A stretch of 64,000 bases of DNA from Euglena gracilis (taxonomy: Eukaryota): the NCBI GenBank assembly GCA_039621445.1, contig CP154954.1:45487847-45551846 (forward strand), read 5' to 3'. Each line of letters begins with the position of its first letter. The first letter of the stretch is position 1. Position numbers and translations under genes: made by a program. Shown here piece after piece: positions 10,355 to 24,025 of this stretch. The notes under the pieces were generated by a model that worked only from the letters and a program-made list of their open reading frames with translations, had not been told where the DNA came from and made no database searches.

Positions 10355-10960
10355 GTTTACGTTTGTAGAACATTTTTCATTATGGCCTCCGTCACCAACA
10401 TTGGGATGTGGGTCTTGGGAACTGACGTGATGAGATGTTAATCTTGTGTTTTTGTGGACCTTTTTTTGTGGTCCGAATAATCCCTCCCCCCCGAACAATT
10501 CGAGACCGCAAACGATTAGTCGATTGATCGATGAATCGAATCCACCCTGATCCACACAGACGGTGACCCATTCTCCTTCTAAACACTTGGCCACCCTTGA
10601 ACGCTCCGATTGGAACACTTCATCTAGCAGTGTGGTGGATATAGTGTGCCTGCAAGGAACTTTCGTACTGGTCTCAGAGTGCTCTTCAACCACATGAAGG
10701 GAAGGTTGTTGGCAAATATAAAACGGGCGATCTGCACGTTGAAGAGCGCACTGTGCGCCTGTCCATGGAGCTTCTGGGAACCGCCACTGACGACAGCTTC
10801 ATTTTCTTCAACTCCAAACAACCATCAGCATGTGTTTTGGCTCGCACAGTGACAAGAGACACTTCGGCTCCACAACCTTTGCACATCTGTACATAACACA
10901 TCTTGCCGGCCTTGGAAATCTTTGGTCCGAAGCACCTCCACACAGCCCCCCACGGGTTTT
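10340..10960 (-). pseudogene. hAT transposase remnant (BED finger plus start of catalytic domain), frameshifted
   Basis: WRCF...CKGC...KTHADGC is a BED-like finger. In another frame: KVPCRHTISTTLLDEVFQSERSRVAKCLEGEWVTVCVD. Confidence 0.7.
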
Positions 10961-11594
10961 CTGGACGCCGGTCTGTCCTAAATCCCGGCGTTAGGAACGC
11001 CGGTTCTGTCCAAAACCCAGTGTCCGTTTTTCATTCCTAAAAATGTCATCAAAAGTGTCCAAAAATGGCCTTAAGGTCCTGATATGATTGTTTTAACCAT
11101 GTAGGACAATGTATTTTGTTGCCATTTGCTTGAAAGCTTCCAAATTGTGATGGATTTGTGGTATGATGTCAAAAATTGCCACATTTTTGTCAAATTTAAT
11201 GCCATCTTTCAAAAAAAACAGCACTACCAGCTTGCCGCCCAAAGGGGAGCAAAAAAAAACAAAAATGTTCAAAATGGGCCATGTCAAGGATCTCCCCCCC
11301 CCGAGAAAACTTCTACACCCCTGGTTTCCCCCCCAGAGTGGCCATTTGGGGGTTTCACGCCGCCCGCAAGGTGGCCACCTTGGGGGGTGAGGGCATTTTG
11401 AGTAGTTGGAGGTTTTTTAATTTTGGGTGGGGTCATTTCGGGTCACGACTAGCTCAGTTTGGAAGGGGGGGGACCTTTGAGGATTGTGGGGGGGGTTGGA
11501 ACGAACTAGATCACTGGGGTGTATGGGACGCGGGGGAGACGCCATTTCTGGGACGGTGAAAAATTAGGAGTTTGGTTAGAAAAAAAATTTTTTA

Positions 11595-11720
11595 GCCAAA
11601 TTAGGATTCTGCCACCCCAAATTAGGAATCACCCACCGCAAGTTAGGAATCACCCACACCAAATTAGGAATCACCAACCTCAAATTTGCCTGAAATTAGG
11701 AATCAGCCTCCCAAATTTGG
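11595..11720. repeat. 21-bp tandem repeat (CAAATTAGGAATCACCCAC..) within a MITE-like segment
   Basis: About five adjacent AATTAGGAATC units, mostly at 21-bp spacing. Confidence 0.7.
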
Positions 11721-11896
11721 CTGTCTCGAGAACAAAATTTTGGTTCCAAAGTGGGACGCCTGGGACGCGGGGGGGGGGGGGACGCGGGGGAGACACCCCC
11801 ACTTGGTCTCCTTCACAGATTCATTTTTGGAGGCTTTTTTAAGACTTCAATTGAAAGAACATTCATTCCCACAGTTTCTTTCTTTTGAAGTCTTGG

Positions 11897-14800
11897 ATGG
11901 ACCAACTCATTCCAATTGTGAACAAGCTTCAAGCGGCCTTTGGAGATGTGGGCATGGTTGCAAAGATTGACTTGCCCCAAATTGCAGTTGTTGGGGCACA
12001 GAGTTCAGGCAAGAGCTCCGTCTTAGAAAGCCTGGTTGGGAGAGATTTCCTCCCCCGAGGTTCAGGTTTGCCCTCTTCTCCCATCGAGCGAACAAAAGCA
12101 AAAAGACGTTGAATGTGGCTTGTGAATGGCTTATCTTAACAAAGAAAAGGCTCTATATCAAAAACTGCATCTTAAACTCAAATGGAGGTTTGGCATACCA
12201 TGACCCCCCCCTCTAAATGACCCCCCTGAATGACCTCATCTGGGGTGCAGCTGAGCTTTTGGGATGCCGGTCCATGGAAATATCTTTTGGAAGAGTTACT
12301 CTCCCCCCCGCAAATGACCCCTTCCCCTAAATGATCCCTTGGGGGGTCCTGAAGTAATATCAATAGTGTCATTTAGAGGGGGGTCATGGTACCCCCCCCC
12401 CCCTAGGTTGGACATTCTCGGCACGGCAAAGGGGTACCCCCCCCCTTGGTTGGCTGACCCCACTTCACCGGTGAAATTTGCTAGCCATTGGGTTGTGCCT
12501 ATTTAACCTTTCGGGCGGCTGAACGATTCACCTCGTTTCAAAGTCTTTGCACTTCCCTCTGTGGCCTTAGGGCACCAGGCCACATCCTCATTATCTGTTA
12601 CGGGACTTCTAAAAAGAAAAACGGCACGTTTGAACAAGTCAACTCCGCGTAAAGTGCGAGATTAAATTGGCTGCCTAATCTTTCGGCCTGGTGCTTCGCA
12701 CCAGGCCAATAATTGGTCACCCCGACCGCGCCACTGTTCAGGCGGGGGGTTCCCCCCCATCCTGGATTGGAGGAGAGGGTTGATCCCCCCACCTGCTGGA
12801 TGCAACAGGCAGGTGGGGAGTGGGGGGGGTCAGGTTTTGGTTAGTACTCGAGCACTCTGAAAATGGCCTTCTCGAAGGAAATCCGCCTGGGTTGGTTGGG
12901 GCTGGGACCCAAAATTGACCCTCCGGGGCGGAGCCTGCTCTGTCCAGGCACCCCATAGCACAACGCACCTCCCCCCGGCGCAGGGGTTTTTGTAGTCTTG
13001 GACCCCCGGGGGGGGGTAGGGTGGGTGGGTCTGGCCGGTCTGGTGGGTGGGTCTGGCCCCCGGAGGGGGATATACTTTTTGGCGCCGAAAATGTTTGAAA
13101 AAGGTGCTATTTTTGTTAGCATTTTCGCGATTTTTGGCCATTTTCGGGGGGGAAGTGAGCGGGTCCCCGGGACCCCCCGGCTTTTAAGAAGAACCCCTGC
13201 CCCGTCCCTGGGTGGCAAACAACCGCCTGCCCCCCGGGATCGCCCTCGGCCTGTTCTTCGCCGGGTCGTTCTGCATGGCGGTGAACGACCAGGCTGGGCG
13301 GAAGAGGGCAAGGGGAGGCCGTTGCCAGCGGCGACAGGGATGGCGTCCTGCGTGTCCAGCCCACAGCACGTCGCCTGTGAGAAAGGGGGACCGGCGTACA
13401 AAATTTTGCTTGCGGGTAGGGTTTCTTGTAAACAGAACAAAAAAAACTCAACATTTACAAAAAATGAATAATTATTTATCACATATATTGAAGCCATTTT
13501 CAGTCCACGATGTACAGTGCCGTGGAAGACTGTGTTCAGCCCACATGCGAAGCGTTAATAGACGTGGTGAGTGGGTTTTTTGATGCTATGCACGTGAACA
13601 AAACCTTTTTTTCCCGCAGAAAGCCGTTTTCAGCACACGTTTTTTTTTGGCAGTACAAGTGAACAAACACGATTCTGGGGAAAAACCGTGACAATTTAAC
13701 CCCCTCCCCAATAAGTGCACGGGTGCGCGAATTTTTTGGACATAGTTTTGGACTCCAAGGCATGCGCACTTATTTGGGCATTGCACATTTATTAGGACAA
13801 AGCACAACATACTTGATTTTCCACCACTCTTTTTCAGTTTTCCCCCTTCTTGTGATGTCAAGCAATGAGTCAATTAATTACGTGTCAAATGTGGGCTTGG
13901 ACGATAGAATTCTTTGGTTTGAGAAGGACAAATGAATATCGTGAAATAATAACACAGAAAAAATACCGTGAAATAACGGTTTTTTTGGGGGGGTGACGAA
14001 CTTTTTTTGTTTTTTTTGGCCGATTTTGGGATTCACCAAATCATAAAGGGACACGAAATGACGGGTTTACCGACCTTTATCGAGGACATCGGGGTGTCAA
14101 TCCATCCAAATTTATCAGGACCCCCCCCTGAACCCAATATCAACATCCATCCTTGTCGCGGCAGGCTTCCGACTTTTCCGCTTTCAGCCCTTTTTTGTGT
14201 CAAAAAATCAATTTTCCAAGATTTCTCAAAAATGGTGGGGAGTCAAAGGAAATGTCCGGAGACCAAATTGAATCCCCTGAAATGTCCTATCTGGCAGTAT
14301 TTTGATTTCCCTGCAACTCCACGCCTAGCCCGAGTTACGGCCATTTTTCAGCCAATTTCACCATTTTGTGCAGTTTTGGCCTGTTTTGATTTGGCCGTTT
14401 TTAGCCATTTTTCTTAGGTGAAAAAAAACTTGAAAAAAATCGAAAAAATTTTGCCCAAAACGATGTTTTTTTGGCCTCCCGACCCCGGGAAAACTTTTTT
14501 TGGGCCGAAAATGAGCGTTTTTCGGCTCATGCATTTCGGCCGGGCTGGGCCAGGCTGGGCCGCCAGACCACCAGCCAGGCCGCTGGGCTGGGCCGGGCCG
14601 CCGGCTGGGCCGGGCCGCCAGGCTGCCAGCTGGACCTGCCGGGCCGGGCCGCCGGGCCGTTGACCGCCTCAAACATCTGCCACACACATGAAATATCTGC
14701 TGCAGCGCACCATCACACATGCAAAGAGATCAGCACTACACAAAGCTTTAATGGTAGAGTGGTGGTGCCAGTGGTGCCTGTTCTGGAAAATTCGACACCA

Positions 14801-17800
14801 ATGTCTGTTGGAAATTCAACGTCTCAGATGCATTGGCGTTCCTCAATTGAACGCCCTTTTTCAAGAGCCTTCGACAGGTGGCCTCAAAATTCAGTGACAA
14901 CGACCATGTGCTTTGACAGAATTTCAAAATGTCTGGTCGTTGCTGGTCAGTTCAGTTGCCATGAAGCCCATTGATCAAACGTTTTTTCAAGGGCTTTCAA
15001 CATATGCCCAGAGAACCTAACCACGGAAGACAGAACTCTTATCCCGGATAGATCACCGAACATTTGGAGGTTAGGCAGGGTGCTTTTTTTATTATGAGAT
15101 GTTTTGATTATTATATTGTTCAATATAGTTTTGATATTTGCCCATCTTCCCATCTGTGTGTCTAACTTTCCATCCATCCATCTATCTATGCATCAGGCCT
15201 CTATGTGAGTGGGTGCTATGGGCAGGCAGGGGTGGTGGGGCATTTTCGACCCCTTCCCCCGGGTGGTCGGGTTTGTGGGTGGGTAGTGCCATAGCCTCAA
15301 AATGCTCAAAGTCTACTGCCTGATCTCTTTTACCCCAAAGGGAATCATTTCAGCAGGGCTTTTTTGTGTGGAAAATTATGAGTTTCCACAAATGACTCAT
15401 AAATTTCCCACTCTGGACTGGGGTTTTAAGGCATTTGGGTGCCCCTATTCCTTCCCCCAAGCTGTTCCCATGTGCACTGCCAAGCTCCAATGAGCTGTTT
15501 CCCTCCACCCCCTCCCCGACCAAAGGCCCAAATCTGACCAATCTTGGGGACAGTTGGGGGGAGCAGGGCTTGATATAAGGACTGTATCCTGGCAGTGGTG
15601 GCCACTTTCGGCCTCTCCTGGCCAACCCCCCGGGGGGTTCTGGAGCCAAAAACAAGCCAGTCACTGCGAAAAAACCAGTCAGTCACCCCCCCCCCCTAGG
15701 GGGCAGGGTCAGACATGCCTTAAGCAATGGTATGGTCCGGACCCCTCCAAAAGTTCAGGAGGCCCCATCCGGCTGGCGCTGAAGGTGCCGGAATTTTTTT
15801 GGGGTGGCCAAATCCATTGATTTTCAGCCATTTTCGGCCGAGTGGCCAGGGTGACCCCCTGGGGGGGTGGTTGGAACTGGTGACTAGTTTTTGAAAAGTG
15901 ACCAACTGGGTTTTGAAAATGGCAAGCGGCCCCCTGGGGGGGGACCAGACCCCTCCCCCTCCCCCAAGGGGGATGGGTTTCATGGGGACTTGGAAAACTC
16001 TGGGGAATTGAAGGAAAGTTTCTTACCCGCCCCCCCCCCCTTGTCCACCGACCACCCCTATATACCGACCACCCCCCGGTCGGGGGTTGCAGGTTGAGGG
16101 GGGTGTACGACCACCCTCCCTGGTCGGGGGTTGCAGGTGACCACCAAAATTTTTCCTCTCATGTGCTTATTGACCAGCTTTTTTCCCGTGTTTCCTGTCC
16201 ATTGAGTGTTCGTCATGTTCCCTCCGGGGAGTCCTGTTTTGTTTGAGTGTAGTGATGGCATTGCTCCCTCACCTAATGGGGAGAAATATTACCGTTATGA
16301 AATTGCACCTTTTTTGGCTTTTGGTTTTGTTTTGGCCCCTAGTGGTACGACCACCCCCCGGTCGGGGGTTGCAGGTTGTGGGGGGTGTACGACCACCCCT
16401 GGTCGGGGGTTGCAGGAACCCGGTCGGTGGACAAGGGGGGGGGGGCAGGTAGCTGCCTTGCTCATTTTTCCGCTCAGGGATTGTAACTCGAAGGCCCCTC
16501 ATCCTCCAACTACTCACGATGCCCAAGGACAGCCCAGACCCCCGGCCATGGGGAGAGTTTTACCACAAACCTGGGACACGCTTCCATGACTTCATTGAAA
16601 TCCGTGCAGAAATTGTCCGAGCAACAGAGCAAGAGGCAGGTGGCGGAAAGGCAATATCGAAGAAGCCCATCCAGCTGAAGGTTCATTCACCTGATGTACT
16701 CAATCTCACCCTTGTGGACCTCCCCGGCATCACAAAAGGTATCCAACATCCTCAAGAACCACTTTTTTTAAATTTATCTTTTGTAAACAAAAAACTCATT
16801 AAGGGCTCGGGGAACTTTTTTTTCGCCTGAAGTCTAAGCTGCGATGCTTGGGTGATGCAACGCCAACACTTGGAAAGGAGGGAAACAAGAACAATGCAAC
16901 ACTTTATTTTGCGCAAAAAGTTTTTTTATTAAAAAATCAAGAAAAGAATGCTAGCTATGTCAACAATTGAAATGAAACATGGTCCTTGAAGATGGGCAGC
17001 TGATGGAAGGGATGGGTGGGTACCCGCCCAGTTGTCGCCCCCAGGGCGACTTTTGGGGGGGCGAGACGTAAAGAGGGGAGGGTCAAGGGAGTTCAACGAG
17101 TCACTTCTTGGGATGCAAATTTGTATTTTGGGGGGCACAATGAGGAATGTTGTTCTTTAAAAGCCATAAAAACATTGCACATGGGTCCAATAATTTGGTG
17201 ACAAATTTTAAGTTTTGTGGGGACATATTTTTGGCATATCCTGGACGACATTTTGGAAACCATATATATATATATATATATGTATTTATGTATGTATGTA
17301 TGCATGTATGTATGTATGTATGTATGTATGTATGTATGTATGTATGTATGTATGTATGTATGTATGTATGTATGTATGTATGTATGTATGCATGCATGCA
17401 TGCATGCATGCATGCATGCATGCATGCATGCATGCATGCATGCATGCATGTATGTATGTATGTATGTATGTATGTATGTATGTATGTATGTATGTATGTA
17501 TGTATGTATGTATGTATGTATGTATGTATGTATGTATGTATGTATGTATGTATGTATGTATGTATGTATGCATGCATGCATGCATGCATGCATGCATGCA
17601 TGCATGCATGCATGCATGCATGCATGCATGCATGTATGTATGTATGTATGTATGTATGTATGTATGTATGTATGTATGTATGTATGTATGTATGTATGTA
17701 TGTATGTATGTATGTATGTATGTATGTATGTATGTATGTATGTATGTATGTATGTATGTATGTATGTATGTATGTATGTATGTATGTATGTATGTATGTA

Positions 17801-20800
17801 TGTATGTATGTATGTATGTATTGGTATAAATGTTTTTACGCCCTGTTTATGGGTTATGGCCCACAATTCACCTAGAAAGCCCTAGCGCCTTCCCTGTTTT
17901 TCGTTGATGCGCTTCATGCCAAGGTTTCGGGAACTGCTGTTCACGCTCTGTTTCGTGAACGTGAAAGAGGGAGAACAAGAAGGCAGAGTGGTCAGCACGT
18001 CTAACAATATGTATTATAATAAACAGGAGCAAAATCAACAAGTTTAAAAACAGCGATGGACAACAACCATACTGTGCAATGGCATGTGTAATGTCACTCA
18101 GGCGAAATGTGACCTGTCAAAATGAAGGGCCTCTGTGTTCCCCTGCGACCCCCCTCTGACTCTTGGCGCCTTACAAACATCCCCATTTTGAGTGGAGATG
18201 GGTTTGCAAATCCTATGCAAAACCAATAACCCTAACCCTAATCCTAACCCACTGCTACGAGTTGTACCATGTCTTCCTCTCCGGCGAAATGAAACATACG
18301 CAACTTTGTGTTTGGGCCATCTTGTTCAGTGCAAGGTTTTGGCCAGACCCCCTTCTTCATCACTGGCCCCCAGAAGACAAGGGGTCCGTGCTTCCGGGTT
18401 TCCAAAAAACATTTATTGTTGACAGAAAATGCACATGCATCGCACATCTTCCCATTCTCTGCCAGTGGCCGTTGGTGACCAGCCTGCAGATGTGGAGCTC
18501 CAAATCCGCGAGCTGGTGCTGGACTACATCAGCCAGAAGAACTGCATCATCCTGGCAGTGACCGCCGCCAACCAGGACCTGGCGAACTCTGACGCAATCA
18601 AGATCGCCCGCGAGGTGGACCCCAACGGAGATCGGACCGTAGGGGTCCTGACAAAGCTGGACCTGATGGACAAGGTTGGTGATGTGCCATTCTCTACATT
18701 TGCGAGCTGTGGATGAGGGTTGACCCCCGCCACGTCCCTAATTGTTTACCCCCCAAATAGCATTCCCCTGCCCCTGGGACCCAATTTCGGCCGCCCAAAC
18801 AATATCCCCCCCATTTTCTCACTGACTGCCACAGAATAAAATCAGTTTCCTGGGTGCTGGAACCATATTTTTGTGCAAATGTAACATGGTTTCTCCAATA
18901 TTTGAAAATGGAAGGGAAAATGTCAAATTCACATTTCTGAGACAAAAAATTGCATGTACCTTGGATTTTGATGGTGCTCAACATAGATACACTGCATTTC
19001 GCGGTCAAAAAATTCACCCAAAGAAGCAGGAAAAATTTGTCAAATAATGTCCCCCCTGAATATTATTCCTCCCCTGGGGGTGGGCAGACCAATAATGTTC
19101 CTGGGGGGGGTTGGCGACATTATTTGGGGGGTTCACCCCCACTTCATTAGACGCCCCAGAAAGGAGAAAATGACTACAACTCCCACTTGCGCGTAATAGA
19201 AGCCCCGCCCTTTTGAGAATTTCACCAAAGTGCACAATAGTAGCCTCATCGGCCTTCCATTTGGGGATTTATTTTAGGATCCTGTCACTGTTTGTATTTC
19301 ACAGGGCACTGATGCAATGGATATCTTGATGGGGAAAGTGGTGCCACTGAAGCGCGGCTACATTGGGGTGGTGAACCGCGGCCAACAGGACATCAACACA
19401 AACAAGGACATCAAGAGTGCCCTGAAAGCCGAAGAGCAGTTCATCCAGAGCCACCCTAAGTACAGCCGGTATGGCAGTTTCCATAACATTGTGCAGAAGC
19501 GCTCAATGAACCAATCAATCAGCACTCCAGCAATTATTATTAAATTTGCAACATCTGAAAGATCTCCAATTGAAAATGCGCATTTGCGAAATCTGCGCAT
19601 TTCCCTGGTGATTGCATGCCCAAGCAATATTGCAGGTGAGAAGCACACAAAAGATCTCTCCAGATGATTTTCGCCCATCTTCTTATTCATTCAACAACCG
19701 AGAGCCAACCCAGGGGGGGGGGCAATGCTGCAACGTTTCTGTTTCCCCCAATCTACCAATTTGGCATTTATTCAAGAAAGAAGAAATACAGAGAAGAAGA
19801 AGAAGAAGAAGACGAAGAAGAAGAAGAAAGAAGCACCATTTTGTTGGTTGTCATGGCAGGTCTACGCAGGCTTCTTTCGAAAGAAGATTGCACCCTGTCA
19901 ACAGCTATTTGCAGTCGTCGCTCAAGCCAGAGGGCACTCCATTCCCTCAGGGGAGGACCAGAGGACCCCCCTCGGCAAGTTAATTATTTTGCAGCCGCCC
20001 GAACAAGGCGCTAAAAATGAACCTCCTGGGGGGGTCCGCCAGCCAGCAGCTTGTTTCCAGCCAGCAGCATTTTTCCAGTCCTGGACCCCGCATCGACGAG
20101 TTTTATTTATTTTGCAGCCCCCTGAAGAGCGGCAGGATGGTAACGGATTTCTGGTTTTCAGGGGTGCAAAAATGGGCAAAAATTGGTCGGAATTGGGCTG
20201 GCTAGGGATAAAGTTGGGGTCAAAAATCGACTTTTTGCACAATTGGCTGTTTTTGGGCTTTTTTTTTGCAGTGCCAATTGCCCAGTTCCAGTCCCATGAG
20301 TCAGCTGGTAGCCTTTTTCCAGCCAGCCAAAATTTTTCCAGTTTCTGAACTGGGCCCCCGGGATGGGCAGTGTTGTTGTCCATTCCCCTGGGGTCGGTTT
20401 TGTGTCCTGGCCGCCTCAGGCTTTCCCTTGAAATGCCACGTTCAGGCCCTGGGACTGGAGTGCAGGCACCCTACAGCCCCTCTCCCCGGGTTTAACCCCC
20501 TTTCCTTTCAATTAGGTTTTGCCTTGGGGGGGAACAGAAACCGCAATGTAATTTTACCCGGGGTTAAGGACAAAGTCTACACAAGGGGAACAGCTTGTAC
20601 TGCCATTTGGGGCCCTCTTCCACCCCTCCAAAACTATCGATATCTGGATAGTTTTTTGACATCCGCATGTTTTTCACACCCGTAGGCACTAATCCAGCCG
20701 GCACATCAAAATAGCTATCCCGGTGAACACAATGGGAACCCCCAATCGGTTTCCAGTTTTGGGGCCAAATCACGGTTTCCCATGCACACGGCGCATGGAG

Positions 20801-22183
20801 GTTGCTCTTCGCGTGCCACGGCAGCATCGCCAACCGGATGGGGACCCCCTATTTGGGGAAGCTGCTCAACGCCATCCTGCTGCAGCACATCCGGGAGACG
20901 CTGCCGGAGCTGAAGGGGAAGATTCATGACCTGAGCCAGTGGCCTCCTGGAATCCCACAGTGCCGTGCCCCTCCCTTTGGACCAGTCCATTTTTTTCCTT
21001 CATCTGAAGCACTGAAGCATTTGTGGGAAAGCGATAGGACGAACGGGGCTGTCGAGCACAGCAACCACCAGATGTGATTGGATGATCCACAGTGAGAGAA
21101 TATTTTTTTCCATGAGCTGGTGCATTTGCTTGTAATTGTCAGAAATGGAATAAGGCCGCCAAGAAGGAACATTTTCATCACAAAATATCAACTTTTTTGC
21201 CTCAATGGTCCCTCCTACAATGGTGGAGTGGTTCAATTTGTTTGATCAAGTTCACGTTGTCAGTAGATATTAGATATTGCAAAAGAAATACATTATTTTT
21301 TTTACTCCTTTTGTATTTTGTTTTTGACAGATGGCTGTCACTTGGTTAGGAATTAGTAACGCAAGGTTGACCCAGATCAGGGCGTCGCTTAAGCCAAAGT
21401 GACCTCATCTCTCCCCAGACCCCCTCCCCCCCATCGACGAGTTTTTGACTATTCTACACCCTCCCAAAGGGAAGCTGGATGATAATGGATTTGGCTTTTG
21501 GGGGTGCAAAAACGGGCCAAAAATGAGCAAAAAATGGGTCGGATTTTGGCAGCAGGACAAATTCTGGGCCAAAGAATCATTTTTTTTTCACATTTGGACG
21601 TTTTTGGACATTTTTGCCATTTTTTATTTTTTTTGGCACCCAGTTCAACCCCGGGTCGGGTCCAGTTCCCACTCTTTGGGGGGGGGGGTGCTCAGCCAGC
21701 AGCCTTTTTCCAGCCAACCCAAGTTTTCTGGCCTTTGAGCTGCACCCCCCCCCAGGGGGTCACTAAGCCACACCATGACCCAGACCGAGCGATTGAATGA
21801 AGGTCCACCAAACCGAACATGCATTGGTTTTTTTCAGAGTGGCTGACTGCTTTTTGGCTCCACATCCAGAAAGGTTTTGGCTCAGAGATTTTTTGAGGTT
21901 GTCCAAAGAATGATCCATAATGCCCATTGGCCGGAGAAGTCATTTTTTTGAAATTTTTTTTTGGCCAAAGTCCATTAATTTTGAGCCATTGAGCCCATTC
22001 AGCCAAAGTTGCCAGAGGGGCTGGAAGTGGATGTCTCTTTTTCGACAAGTTGCTGATTGGTTTTTGAAAGTGATGGGCAACCGCCTGCCGTAATCAATGG
22101 TATGACGGACACTGCAGCCATCGCCCAGACAAACACTGTGCTGCGCCAGCTTGGAGATGACCAGACAATTATGTCAGCCGGAG
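11897..22183 (+). CDS. Dynamin-related GTPase (DRP1/Vps1-like), 5' part only: exons 11897-12065, 16478-16738, 18466-18674, 19305-19468, 20825-20933, 22120-22183 (~325 aa)
   Basis: [19 protein letters not shown] (G1), [10 protein letters not shown] (G2), LVDLPGIT (G3), TKLD (G4), [27 protein letters not shown]. Introns 1-4 are GT-AG with matching phases; intron 5 is non-canonical. No rest of the stalk or GED was found. Confidence 0.92.
12196..12391. mobile_element. TA-flanked MITE (TACCATG...CATGGTA family)
   Basis: TACCATGACCCCCCCCTCTAAATGAC ... GTCATTTAGAGGGGGGTCATGGTA. Related TACCATGCCCCC ends occur at ~3016, 4631, 5039, 8643 and 55486. Confidence 0.8.
13690..13900. repeat. Interspersed repeat, homologous to ~23285-23470
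   Basis: Shared AATAAGTGYACGGGTGCGCG...TTTTCCACCACTCTTT...TGTGATGT.AAGCAATGAGTCAA blocks. Confidence 0.75.
14240..14660. repeat. Dispersed relative of the terminal tandem-array family
   Basis: GCCTAGCCCGAGTTACGGCC and TTTGGCCTCCCGACCCCGGGAAAA..GCCGAAAATGAGCGTTTTT motifs are shared with 58-64 kb. Confidence 0.75.
17278..17820. repeat. Compound (TATG)n/(CATG)n microsatellite in dynamin intron 2
   Basis: Three TATG blocks alternate with two CATG blocks. Confidence 0.98.
19790..19832. repeat. (GAA)n microsatellite
   Basis: Direct reading. Confidence 0.85.
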
Positions 22184-23599
22184 GTGCTGAACCTTTTCTT
22201 TGCCTGGCCCAATCAAGGCCCAAACAAGAAGATCTGACTGTGTTTTTTTTTAAACCTCCAATTTATGAATACCCCCAAATACCCTTCCCAAGACCAATAC
22301 CCTTGGGTCTTTGCTGAAAATCCCAAGGGGCGATTTTTTTTTGGCCGATAAACGAGTCTTCTGGCAGGAGGGTCCAAAAATAGGCCAAAAAAGCAGGATA
22401 TTTCACCGTGAAAAAAAATGTCTCCAAAATGGCTGTGCTATTTTTTCCCTCAAACACAGCAAAAAAATGTGGAGAAATTGAATGAAATTCGAAAAAAATT
22501 CAAAAAACCATCCATTTTGTGCACAACCATTTTGTGCACAGCGATTTCCAGCATTTTTTTTTGCTGTTCTTTTGGCAGTCGAAATTGGACCTCAAGCTGT
22601 CAGGGGTAATCCCCAGTATGACAACCCCCCCACACACAAAAACTGCATCCCCCCCCCAAATGGACACCCCGCGATCTTCAAAAAAACAAAAAAAAGATTG
22701 ACTCGAATGAATGAGTCAGCACATTCCAAAGAAAATACATGTGCAAAGTGTCCTGAAATTGTAAAAAAAAAAACAGCCTGGAGGAGCTGGCAAATTTGTT
22801 TTGAGGTCAAGCTTTGAGTTTAAATATTTTATGCAAGTGACAATCACTTGAAATTCTTGAAACAAAAAAAATCAAGCAAAACACAATTTCTGTTGGAAAG
22901 TGTTTATGCCATGTGCCAGATTCCACTTGCCATGATGGTATTCTGTTACGCTGGTATTTTTTCTCACATCTGTCTTTTTATATTTTGGAAGATGCCATGC
23001 TCACCTCGTAAAATACAGATGGATTGAGCCACAGCAAAAGACAGTTAAAAAGGAGAACAATGCATTAGTGCATTTTTATTTTCATGCAATTAAAGATGGC
23101 TTCAATTTAATTCAACCAATTTTAAATAGATGCAATTTTTCCAACCGTTTCTTTCATCCTATTTTGCTTATTTTTTTTCTCTGTGGATTGTGCTAATAAC
23201 TTCCAGAAACAAAGCACTGCACACCTTCCAACACATTTTCTTCTTAAGGGGCAACTGGCGGCATAGAGGGGGCATATGCTTTCCTAACCTACCCCCTAAT
23301 AAGTGTACGGGTGCGCGCATTTTAAGGACGTTGTTTCGGACCCCAAGGCGCACTTGTAAAGACAAAGCATAAAATGTGTAATTTTCCACCACTCTTTCTT
23401 AGTTTCTCACCTTCTTGTGATGTAAAGCAATGAGTCAAGTGATTATGTGTCAAATTTGGGCTTCGAGGATGGAAGTATTTGGTTTGGGTGGGACAGTTCT
23501 GAGAATAATGTGTGCTTTCCAACCTGAGACGTAACAGTGATTTCTCCTTTGGGGGGGGGTGCGCACTTTTTAGAGAGGTAATTTCGGACCCTTGGGGGG

Positions 23600-24025
23600 T
23601 GCGCATTTATTAAACCCCCAAAAAATAAGACCCCCCCAAAATAAGACTCCCCTGGGCCAATCGAGCAAAAATCCAAAAATAAGACCCCCCAAATAAGACC
23701 CCCCCTGACGGCGGAGATAGTGAAAATTTACCCTGAAAAAATACCAAAAACCTCAATTTCACACACAAAAATGAAGAAAATTCAAAAAATTCTGATCGTT
23801 GGGGTGCAAAAAAACATGCTAAATGTCAACTCACACCAATTTTCACATGGCGCGCAGCACCGAAGGAAAATTTTTGATGCTTTTTGGAACCTGAAAAATG
23901 ACCTTTTTTTCGGGCCCGGGTCGGTCAAGAAAAAATCCAAAAATAAGACCCCCCAAAATAAGACCCCCCCCTGGAGGTCTCCAGCAAAGGACCCAAAAAT
24001 AAGACCCGGGTCTTATTTTTGAGGG
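23600..24025. mobile_element. MITE-like element with AATAAGACCCC repeats (related copy ~25975-26050)
   Basis: Multiple AATAAGACCCC units, ending in inverted GGGTCTTATTTT. Confidence 0.6.

Noticed and set aside
17093-17885. Long HTYI/MYVC ORFs
   Set aside because: Translations of a tetranucleotide microsatellite inside an intron.
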